64,000 bases of DNA, from assembly GCA_964016885.1 (NCBI GenBank), contig OZ024740.1:35898001-35962000 (forward strand), in the 5' to 3' direction. The DNA is from Eledone cirrhosa. Taxonomy: Eukaryota. Under the pieces are notes generated by a model. It was not told the origin of the DNA. It made no database searches and worked only from the letters and a program-made list of their open reading frames with translations. The translations under genes were made by a program, and so were the position numbers. Positions 53,301-64,000 of the stretch are shown here, piece after piece; position 1 is the stretch's first letter; each line of letters opens with the position of its first letter.

Positions 53301-55751
53301 GGGTCCAGGAAGATGGCCCGTATGGAAAGATCCAAACCTCTCCGAAAAAGTACAGCATCTCCTCCCCCCGATCCCGGACGGCTGGGAGATGCGTACACAT
53401 CGTAGCCGCCGAAGATCGGTGCGAAAGCCTGTGCTTCGGAGATTCTTGTCTCGCTGATGGCTACTACATCTATGTTTAGTGACCTGAGGTCGTTGAGCAG
53501 GTGGCCCTGCTTCCATGACGACCCCAAGCCACGCGCATTTATGCTGCCTATTCTGAGTGAGGTCATGTTGAAAAGGAGTGGAAAAGATGGGAAAGACCAC
53601 TTACCTTACTTCTCGTAGGGGAAGGACGGCTTTTCCATCCTTTTCACTGCTTGTGGCCTCCTCAGGAAGGATGTCCTTATAAATCCTCCTGGAGAGTGCT
53701 TGTCGGAAGTCTCCGATGTCTTTGGGGAATTTTTGTTTTAGTGTCATGTACGTTTTCTGTGTGATGCGAGTGATTTGTATGTGTGGAGGTGGTGTGAATT
53801 TTGTGGTTGTTGTGCAGTCTTTTTCTGTGATGCTGGTGTTGTGTTGGATGTAGTGTAATAATTGCTTGTTGTTCAAATTTAATGCTGTGTAGTGTGTATC
53901 GTTTTGGTTGTTTTGTTTTGTTTGCGTTTGTTGTGGGTTTGTTTCTGTTTCGCATTTTGGTGACTTTTGTGGTGTAGGTGATGGTGGTGTTGTGGTTAAT
54001 GATGGTGATGGTGATTGTGTTGGTGTTTGGGTTGATGGGGTTGGTGATGCTGGTGTGGATGGTGGCATATCTGTCCTACCTTTTTTGTTTGTTAATTTAT
54101 TTGTTTCTCTCTGTATTTTGTTTTTGGAGGGGGAAGGAAGAGAATTTTTTCTTTTTTGGTTTCTTTTTTTTTTCCTGATACCGTTTCCCACTCCTCGTCG
54201 TCACAATCTGTCTCCAGTTGCGATAAGCCGGGGAGTGGCAAATCCTCCACAGGCGTTAGTTTTGGTTGTGGCGTGGTGGATGGTGTAGGCGCTGGTGCTA
54301 GTTCTGAAGCGTTGGGGGGGGTTTGCTACTGTTGCTGGGGTTGTTGTTGTTATAGTTACTTCTGTTGTTGCTGCTACAGTTGTTGCTGCCATGTCTGCTA
54401 CTGGTGGTGTTGATGGTTGAATCACTGGTGTGGGTAAGAGAGGGGGCCTCAAACTTTTAGCCTGAGGGCAGAAAGCGCTTACGTGGGTTCCTTCACCACA
54501 AACGACACACCTAGGCCTTCTGCCCTCGACAATTACGGTGAGGTGGCTGCAGTTAGTGAGGTCTATTACCTCTGGGATCTCTTCAATGCTTTTTTGGTCC
54601 GCTTGGATCAGGAGCTACATCCCAGATCCGGACTAGTTCTCCTGCTTTTCTTTTGCTATTGCTATTATCTTGGTGTTGGCTTCGATGCTGGCGAGGACAG
54701 CCGCTATTAGCCAGGGTATTTCGATGGCCGGTGGAACGAGCCTCTGGCTACAATAGCTTGGGACGAGTGTGAAGTCGTCACTTCTTAATGGGGCCATGGA
54801 GTGTTCTCTAGCCTCCTCTTGTGTTTCAAAGAACACGTCCACGGTTCCATACTTCTGCCCACGTCTGATGTGGGTTTTTCTTGCCCACACATGTCCCAAA
54901 GATTTTTGGATTTGGGACTCGGATGCCCGTTCCACTCGGCGCGATTTTACATTAATTGTTTGATACAACACGGTGCATAGGCGCCGATGCTCCATTTTCT
55001 TAGGTGGGGGTGAGGGGGGTGAGGCTGACCCTCTACCCATCTTTCTTTACCATTTTTTTTGGCATTTTCTAATTCCTCCTGAGTTACCGTAAATGCTTCG
55101 CACTGTTTTACTACTCTGGCAAAACTCAGGGTGGTTTTTTTAATTTCATTGTTGCTGTTGTTGTTATCGTTATTTTTCTTATTATTAATTTTAGTTTCAG
55201 TTGTGGTGGTGGTGACGTCAGTGGTGTTCGGTGTGGAAGAGTCCATTTTGGTTGAAAACATTTCGACATCACGAGTTGATTTATTTTTTCCTTTTGTTTC
55301 TGTTGTCGCGGTGGTGGTGGGGGTGGTGGTTGTCGCGGTGGTGGTGGTAGTGGCGGCTTTAACACCTGCAGTCATTGGTAATGGCGGGAAATGAATGTCT
55401 GCCTGAGACAAATTTAAAATGTTGCTAGTGCTTAAATTTTTTGTGTTGGCAAACGTAATAATATTTACAATGGTGGTGTCGGTGTGAGGTGTTAGTTTGT
55501 GAGGAAGGCTTTCAGCTGCTCCGTGCAGAGGTGAATTAGCCATTTGTTTTCAAAGAAATTTTTTGATAATCATAAAAGTTTAAATTTTGGGCACTAGGCC
55601 CCAATCTTTTTGGGTGTCCTTTTCGGAAAACAATGTATGTGCGCTTATAAACAGTTAACAATAAAATTTTCCATAAATGGCAATTTTTAACAAACGGAAA
55701 TAACAAACCTTTGCGGAGCTCACGATGATATGATTTACTACGTAGGTCGCC
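47326..55751 (-). mobile_element. Full-length L1/Tx1-clade LINE (copy A) with a ~2.58 kb internal tandem duplication, inserted in (TAA)n
   Basis: ORF1 from 55543 with CX2CX4HX4C knuckle (CVVCGEGTHVSAFC); APE domain (INARGL, SET, GDWN, SYLDRV, TDH) at 53566 and 50984; RT (RPITLLN, RQGCPLS, YADD); C-terminal CPRC; AATAAA then (ATT)n; several frameshifts. Confidence 0.93.
47569..50984 (-). pseudogene. Tx1 ORF2 (APE-RT-Zn finger), frameshifted
   Basis: ORF pieces 49632-50984, 48956-49573, 48732-49043 and 47569-48738. Confidence 0.88.
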
Positions 55752-55775
55752 AATAATAATAATAATAATAATATT

Positions 55776-55987
55776 GCTTTCTTTATTAACCACAAGGGTT
55801 TATATAAAGTAGACATTAAGGACAGTATAGGAAGGACAATACAGGACGGTACAAATAGGCATTTCTGCGTGTAAAAAACAAAAACAGAGGATGTAACAAA
55901 AAAATAACAATGAAAAATTCCCCAATAGGGGGGGGGGGGAGACTTCGGAGGGACATTTGTGGAGAAAGCCCATTAAAAGGCTACAGT
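55776..55987 (-). mobile_element. Tx1 3' UTR-only fragment in (TAA)n
   Basis: Matches 47326-47520. Confidence 0.88.
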
Positions 55988-56016
55988 AATAATAATGGAT
56001 ATATAATAATAATAAT

Positions 56017-57752
56017 GGATTTAAAGTCTATGACAAAACCATTAATCAGTTGTTCTACATGGATGACCTGAAACTATTTGCAAAAAATGATGAACAATTG
56101 CAAGGGCTATTATCCACTGTGGATCAGTTCAGTGATGACATTAAAATGGAGTTTGGACTAGATAAATGCGCCAAAGCAACGTTCACCAGAGGAAAGCTGC
56201 TGAAAAGTTCAGACATTAATCTTGATCGGGGGAATGTGAGAGGAGAATTTGATCAAGAGGAAACTTACAAATATCTAGGTGTTTGTGAAGGAGACGAAAT
56301 CAAGCACTCGACAATGAGGGAAAGGATAAGGAAGGAATGTTACCGCAGAGTAAGAGCAATCTTAAGAACGGAATTGAATGCAAGGAATAGGATCGATGCC
56401 ATAAACACGCTTGCCATACCAGTAGTAACCTACAGTTACAATGTCATCAACTGGTCAAGCACAGATATCCGTAGACTCGATACAAAAATTAGAAAATTCT
56501 TAACCATGCACAGAATGCATCACCCTAAGGCAGATACAGATAGGATATATGTCCCTAGGAAAAAAGGAGGACGTGGGTTAATCCGGTTAGATATTGCGTT
56601 GAAAACTGCAACAATTGGATTATCTACATATCTAAGGGAATCACATGATTGGATGATCAAACTCGTTTTGAAACACGAAAGCATCAAAAGATCATGCTCC
56701 ATTACAAAAGATGCACAAAGATACAGTAATGGACTACAAATTTCAGAAGTCCTATTTACTGCTGAAATGGAAAACACAGAAAAGCAAAGCAGGTATAAAG
56801 TAACTGCAAAGAAAGAACTGCTACAGAAACTGGCCCAAGAAATGGCAAGAAAAGCCTCTGTATGGAAAATATCCAGAAAGAGCTAACAATCCTGATGTTG
56901 ACAACACTTTAACCCATCTGTGGTTGGCATCCTCTGGACTGAAATCGGAGACTGAAGGACTGATTATATCAGCACAAGATCAGTGTCTGCCAACAAAAAA
57001 TTACCAAGCCAACAAAATAATAAATGGATGCAACCCATTATGCCGTGTATTTAAAAAACAACCAGAGACCATTGATCATATAATTTCAATGTGCAGTCCT
57101 ATAGCTCCAACCGAATACCTAAACAGGCATGACAGAGCTGCACAATACATACATTGGATAATGTGTAAGCATTTTGACCTGCACAATCAAAAGAATTGAT
57201 GGGAGCATCAACCACCTCCCAAACTTGAAAAAAATCACATCTCATTCTTGTGGAACTTTAGCATCCAAACGGACCGAAAAATAGATGCAAATAGACCTGA
57301 TATAATACTGAAGGACTTTAAAAAGAGGGTATGCCTGCTAATTGATATGTCCGTTCCAATAGACAAGAATGTATCGATAAAAACATTTGAAAAATTGAGC
57401 AAGTATAAGGACCTGGAGATAGAAATTGGAAAAATGTGGGAGTTGAGAACTAAAACAATACCAGTGGTTGTAGGCGCTCTAGGAATGATATCTAAGGGGA
57501 CTAATGATTATTTATCGCAAATCCCAGGAAATCCGCGTATAGGAGAAATACAAAAGATAGTACTAATGGAAACTGTCCATATACTAAGGAAGATTCTGTC
57601 AATATAAGTACATCACAATTCTAAACACCTAAAGGTGCATGTGTTTGTATGTATGTTCTTTCTTGAACATGGCGGACCTTGTTGTCTCTTCAGGTCACTG
57701 GTTGTGACTTGGTGATAACTCGTATGAATATAAAGCAAGATAAATGCAACTG
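56017..57752 (+). mobile_element. 5'-truncated Dong-like RLE LINE (family 2), (TAA)n on both sides
   Basis: LFYMDDLKLFA, FGLDKC, YKYLG, RMHHPKADTDRIY..GGRGL, ETEGLIISAQDQ, RHD, RPDI. Confidence 0.9.
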
Positions 57753-57777
57753 TAATAATAATAATAATATTAATAAT

Positions 57778-60700
57778 GTTTTCTTTATTAACCACAAGGG
57801 TTTACATAAAGTAGACATTAAGGACAGTACAGGACAATACAGGACGGTACAAATGGGCATTTCTGCGTGTAAAAAAACAGAGGATGTAATAAAATAACAA
57901 AGAAAAATTCGCCAATAGGGGAGAGACTTCCGAGGGACATTTGTGGAGAAAGCCCATTAAAAGACCACAGTGACCCTGACCACCAGGGCAAGTGCCCTCT
58001 CCCAGTTTCCCCCCTTTAATTTACAGACACATACTCAGAGTAGGCCCATTCACTCGGGCCATTCTTGCCTCTCTCACCCATCTTTCAACAAAATGCTGGG
58101 AAGAGAGCACTTCCCTTTCTACCCTGATTTTCCTTTTCAAATGAAATTTGAAAAAGTTAATCAGTGCATCACCGAAGAGGTAAGTGCTCGTCTTCAGCCC
58201 TTTCAAACGTGTCCACCATACTATCTCTTTCGCCATGGCCACCAGACAGATAAAAACTGCCTGCCCTTCCCGGCTAAAGGAAGAGGGCGGGCAATCCTCA
58301 CGATGGACTCAGCTGATAGCTGGATCCGTCCTACACGCGACAGCAGGTGTTCGAGATAAACCCACAAGTCAGCAATGCTCGGACACTGGACGAGTGCGTG
58401 CAAGACGGTTTCGTCGCCCTGCGCGCATCTCGGACATGTCCGGCTGACGGCACCTCCATGCCTGTAGAGTTTATCCCGAACTGGCAAAGCTCCTCGGTAG
58501 CACTGCCAGGCCAGGGATTTCTGGAAGTTGTCCATAGGCCCCGGCCCGAAAGTTCTTCCGAAGAGATTGGCTAGTTGATTTTCGTCGACGCCTAGAGTTT
58601 CCCCAAGTACGTCGTCGCACTTCCCCTCCACTAATCCTCTATAGAACGCCAAGGTTGAGTTTCCACCGATCACATTGCCCGATTGGTCGAGGGCTGTGAG
58701 CGCTTGAAGACATTCCAGACTCCAAGCGCTCCCTCTCGGTCTTCGCTTGACCCAGGACTGCAGCTCCGTCAAGGAGACGAGCTGGGGAAAGACGCGTCTA
58801 GCAAACGGCGACCACACCTGATCACCGTCGAGGAAGAGGTGGAGATGTCGTAGCCTGAGCGAGTGTCTGCACATCATCAGCCACGGCATTCCCAGCCCTC
58901 CACGTAGCGGGTGTTGACAGCAGATGGACCGCCTGACCATCGGAGCGTGTCCCTTCCACAAAAAGCGAAAGAGCAAACGCTCCAGCGCAGTCAGGCGGGG
59001 CTTAGGATAAGGTACGACGGTCAGGCGGTAGTAGATGACGGACACGATATACGCGTTAGCCACCTCCGCTCGACCTTTCAGGGATAGCTTCCTCTCGGCC
59101 CATTTCTGGGTGAGAGAAGCCACCCTGCTCGTCTCCTCGTCCCAGTTTTTGTCCGTTAGAGATCCGGACCGAACCAGACCCCGAGCAATTTAACTGGTCC
59201 GTCCCTCCAGCGCCCGACGACGCTGTTGGACGGCATGGACCTGCCTCTCCAGGTGCCGAGCTGCAGGCCCACTGACATTTCCTGGTTGATCATTGCTCCT
59301 GTCACCGCTTCGTATTCTCTTAGTGTAGTGCCGATCGCCTCGAGGTTTTTGTCGTCCGACACCACTACGGTGACATCGTCGGCATATGCTGACACGGATC
59401 TTCCGCATCCTAGTTCGCGCGGGAGCCCCCCTCAACGTCTCCACTTTGTGCAGTAATGGCTCGAGAGTCAATACGTACAAGAGGGACGAGAGGGGACATC
59501 CTTGGCGGACCGAGCGAATGATGTTGAACGGTTCAGAAAGGTGACCGTTCACTCTCACCACAGAGCAGATGTCGCTGTGCATGGCAGAGATCCAGCCTCT
59601 GAAGACGGGCCCAAAGCCAGCCGCCCTCAGGTCTGCCGCTAGGTAACGATGGTCGACCCTATCGAAAGCTTTCGACTGATCTAAATTGATCAAGGACCCA
59701 CCCGTGCCAAGTTCCCTAGCTACCCTCCCTACGATGTATCCCATGAGGTGGAGGTTGTCCTGGATGGATCTGTCGGGAATGGCGCATGTCTGCGCCTCTC
59801 CCACCAGACCACCAACCACAAGCGCCTAACCTCTTTGCTAGCACCTTGGCCAAAATCTTGAACTCTGTATTTAGCAGAGTTATGGGCCTAAAATTATCTA
59901 TGTTATCCCTCTTGTTCGGATCCTTTCTCAGCAGCGCACGCACCCTAGCTCTGACAACGCAGCCTTCGTGCTTTGCATTGAAGAATTGGTCAAGGGCCAA
60001 TTTCGCCGCAAGTACGTCGGTCACGATGCCTTTGCTAAGCGCCTCGTCTAATTTTCTAACTAATTCTCCCTCTGCTCTATTTTTCTCTATTGCTAAAGCC
60101 TTACTAAACCTAATGGACTCTATTCTAATTGCTCTTTTCAGAGCAAACCACCACTTGTTGACGATGGCCCCCATCAACGCCCGCTTAACTAGTTCGCTAA
60201 TCCGGTCTCTGTAGGCCTTGCGCTCTGGTAAGGACGCGTTTAACTTCCAGTATCCGGGTCCTCGTCTATGAAGCCTATCTAAGTCAAGCACATAGATCAC
60301 GAATTTGTGGTCCATGTAGCTGACTATCTTGAATTGTTGACAGCCTATGCTAGACCTATCTATTTCTCTACAAAATACTCTATATAGATATGATTTGGAT
60401 GACACTATGCGATTTGTCCAAGTCCACATTGGCACATTCGGGAAATCCAATCGGTACTTGTCAGACAGTTCAAAACGCCTGAGCAGGTTGGTGAGGCTCT
60501 TGCACCCTCCTTCCCTATCCGCTAATCCCACACAGTCCCAGGGTGCATCTAAGATCCCGTTCCAGTCGCCCACTAACACTAAAGAGCGAGACGTTCCAAG
60601 TAAGGTCTCCAGACGCCGGAAGAAATCAGGCCGCCCTGCTCCTGTCGGGGCATAGACGGCCACTAGCCTGAAAGCTTGCCCGTCTCCGCTGGTCACGTCC

Positions 60701-63159
60701 AGCACCACCAACTTACCTTCTGCCTCCAGGAAGATGGTCCGTATGGCGAGATCCAAACCTCTCCGAAAAATCACAGAAACTCCTCCCCCCATCCCGGACG
60801 GCTGGGAGATGCGTACACATCGTAGCCGCCGAAGATCGGTGCGAAGGCCCGTGCTTCGGAGATTCTTCTCGCTGATGGCCACTAGATCTATGTTTAGTGA
60901 CCTGAGGTCGTTGATCAGGTAGCCCTGTTTCCATGACGACCCCAAGCCACGCGCATTTATGCTGCCTATTCTAAGTGAGGTCATGTTGAAATGGAGTGGA
61001 AAAGATGGGAAAGACCACTTACCTTACTTCTCGTAGAGGAAGGATGGTTTGTCCATCCTTTTCACTGCTTGTGGCCTCCTCCGGAATGATGTCCTTATAA
61101 ATCCTCCTGGAGAGTGTTTGTCGGAAGTCTCCGATGTCTTTGGGGAATTTTTGTTTTCGTGTCGTGTACGTTTTCTGTGTGATGCGAGTGATTTGTATGT
61201 GTGGAGGTGGTGTGAACTTTTGGGTTGTTGTATAGTCTTTTTCTGTGATGCTGGTGTTCTGTTGCATGTAGTGTAATAATTGGTTGTTGTTCAAATTTAA
61301 TGTTGTGTAGTGTGTATCGTTTTGGTTGTTTTGTTTTGTTTGCGTTTGTTGTGGGTTTGTTGTTGTCATGCATTTTGGTGACTTTTGTGGTGTTGGTGAT
61401 GGTGGTGTTGAGGTTAATGATGGTGATGGTGTTGGTGTTTGGGGTGATGGGGTTGGTGATGCTGGTGTGGATGGTGGCATATCTGTCCTAACTTTTTTGT
61501 TTGATAATTTATTTGTTTCCTTCTGTATTTTGTTTTTGGAGGGGGAAGGAAGAGAATTTTTTCTTTTTTGGTTTCTTTTTTTCTTTTTTCCTGATACCGT
61601 TTCCCACTCCTCGTCGTCACAATCTGTCTCCAGTTGCGATAAGCCGGGGAGTGGAAAATCCTCCACAGGCGTTGGTTTTGGTTGTGGCGTGGTGGATGGT
61701 GTAGGCGCTGGTGCTAGTTCTGGCGCGTTGGGTGGTTGTGGTGTTGGTTTTGCTACTGTTGCTAGGGTTGTTGCTGTTACAGTTGCTTCTGTTGTTGCTG
61801 CTACAGTTGTTGTAGCCATTTCTGCTACTGGTGGTGTTGATGGTTGAATCACTGGTGTGGGTAAGAGAGGGGGCCTCAACCTTTTAGCCTGAGGGCAGAA
61901 AGCGCTTACGTGGGTTCCTTCACCACAAACGACACACCTAGGCCTTCTGCCCTCGACAATTACGATGAGGTGGCTGCAGTTAGTGAGGTCTATTACCTCT
62001 GGGATCTCTTCAATGCTTTTTTGGTCCGCTTGGATCAGGAGCTACATCCCAGATCCGGACCAGTTCTCCTGCTTTTCTTTTGCTATTGCTATTATCTTGG
62101 TGTTGGCTTCGATGCCGGCGAGGACGGCCGCTATTAGCCAGGGAATTTCGATGGCCGGTGGAACGTGGGTCACCCTGATCTTTACGATTCTCTGGCCACA
62201 ATAGCTTGGGACGAGTGTGAAGTCGTCACTTCTTAATGGGGCCATGGAGTGTTCTCTAGCCTCCTCTGGTGTTTTAAAGAACGTCCACGGTTCCATACTT
62301 CTGCCCACGTCTGATGTGGGGTTCTTTTTCCCACACATGTCCCAAAGCTTTTTGGATTTGGGACTCGGATGCCCGTTCCACTCGGCGCGATTTTATGTTA
62401 ATTATCCGATAAGACACGGTGCATAGGCGACGTTGCTCCATTTTCTTAGGTGGGGTGGGGGTGGCTGACCCTCTACCCATCTTTCTTTACCATTCCTTTG
62501 GCTTCTTCTAATTCCTCCTGAGTTATCTGGATCGCTTCGCACGTTTTTGCTACTCTGGGTGGTTTTTTTAATTTCATTGTTGCTATTGTTGTTATCGTTA
62601 TTTTTGCTATTGTTAATTTTAGTTTCAGTTGTGCTGGTGGTGGCGTCAGTGGTGTTCGGTGTGGAAGAGTTCATTTTGGTTGAATTCACGAGTTAATTTT
62701 TTTCTTCTTTTGTTTCTGTTGTCGCTGTGGTGGTGGTGGGGTGGTGGTTGTCGCGGTGGTGGTGGTTGCGGCTTTAACACCTGCAGTCATTGGTAATGGC
62801 GGGAAATGAACGTCTGTCTGAGACAAATTAAAAATATTGCTACTGCTTACATTTCCAGTGTTGGCAAACGTAGCAATGTTTACAATGGTGGTGTCGGTGT
62901 GAGGTGTTAGATTGTGAGGTAGGAGTGACTCTGAGTCAGCCATGATTTTTCAAAGAAAAATTTTTTATTTGATAATTATAAAAAGTTTAAATTTTGGGCT
63001 CATAGCCCCAATATTTTTGAGTGTCCTTTTCAGAAATCAATGTATGTGCACTTATATACAGTTAACAATAAACATTTTACATAAATGGCAATTTTAAACA
63101 ACTGAAAATAACAAACCTTTGCGGAGCTCACGATGATACGATTTATAACGTAGGTCGCC
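57778..63159 (-). mobile_element. L1/Tx1-clade LINE (copy B) with both ends, ~450-bp internal deletion in ORF2, in (TAA)n
   Basis: Same termini as copy A (5' ggcgacctacg; 3' ttaataaagaaaac); multiple frameshifts. Confidence 0.92.
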
Positions 63160-63228
<69 letters not shown>

Positions 63229-63231
<3 letters not shown>

Positions 63232-63376
63232 TGTTTCTACTTTAGGCACAAGGCCAGCAATTATCCAGTACAGTACTGGTACTTTATTTTATCTACTCCG
63301 TAAGGATGAAAGGCAACGTTAACCTCGGCGGGATTTGAACTCAGACTTTAAAGGGAAGTAACTATGCTAGAAAGCT
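63229..63376 (-). mobile_element. OK/Nin-like SINE whose 3' end abuts the (TAA)n tract
   Basis: Same family as 35107-35296. Confidence 0.8.
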
Positions 63377-63385
63377 TTAATAATA

Positions 63386-64000
63386 AAGAGGAGACCTTTA
63401 AAAGGCTACAGAAGGAATGCTAATGGCTGCGCAAGAGCAGGCCCTCAAAACGAAGTGGCTGAAACACCATATTTACTAGGAGGAGGCTAGCCTACTGTGC
63501 AGGATCTGTGGAGAGAGAGAGGAGACTGTGGCTCACATTGTATCCGAGTGTAAACACGTAGCCCAGACTCACTATAAGGGCTGGAGACATCATGTGATGG
63601 GCAGGGTGATCCACTGGCACCTATGCAAAGTAAACAATTTACCACATTCTGAGAAGTGGTATGAGCATAAGCCAGAGTCGGTGATAGAAAACGATCAGGT
63701 GAAGGTGCTGTGGGATTTTAGGATACAGACGGACAAGAAACTGGAACACAATAGACCTGTCCTGGTGGTTTTGGACAAGGGAAAAAGATCGTGCCTGATT
63801 GTGGATGTAGCCTGCCCATTCGACACTGAGTGCAAGAGAAGGAGAGGGAGAAAATTAACCGATACCAGGACTTGAAGTGGAAGGTAAAAAGGATTTGGAA
63901 CTGCCATGAGGTCAAAGTGGTCCCGATTGGCGTAGGCGCACTAGGTACTATCTCAAAGAGTTTCCAAGGATGGTTAAAGAAAATTGGTCCCGCCTCGCTT
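63386..64000 (+). mobile_element. Dong-like RLE LINE fragment (family 1), runs off the window
   Basis: Homologous to 45620-46220. Confidence 0.88.

Noticed and set aside
50984-60984. Tx1 ORF2 starts exactly 10,000 bp apart
   Set aside because: The copies differ by many substitutions and indels; treated as coincidence.
47518-62426. Numerous + strand ORFs antisense to Tx1
   Set aside because: Shadow frames of GC-rich or low-complexity coding sequence with no independent motifs.

Overview
AT-rich, repeat-saturated animal genomic DNA, most likely an octopod cephalopod (inferred from SINE and LINE families, not proven). The whole window lies inside one + strand ABCB1/P-glycoprotein-like ABC transporter gene. 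I found five small phase-0 exons (2251-2394, 5495-5584, 27587-27664, 35404-35487, 42984-43187) that encode the end of the linker and most of TMD2; the ORF track misses four of them. The introns (3.1, 22, 7.7, 7.5 and >20 kb) are filled with: (i) many 5'-truncated or inverted Penelope-like (GIY-YIG) elements in (TA)n tracts, carrying about 11 type I hammerhead ribozyme motifs with intact cores plus several decayed ones, and forming inverted repeats with arms of up to ~2 kb; (ii) microsatellite-associated non-LTR elements: a full-length R4/Dong-like element in (CATA)n, and a ~19 kb chain of Dong-like and L1/Tx1-like elements alternating in (TAA)n; (iii) CRE, CR1, RTE and mariner remnants and tRNA-derived SINEs. 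Top leads are the intronic hammerhead and inverted-repeat landscape, a candidate 52-nt GT-AG intron that would fuse Tx1 ORF1 in frame to ORF2, and convergent microsatellite targeting. All analysis was by eye, and repeat boundaries are approximate to a few or tens of bp.
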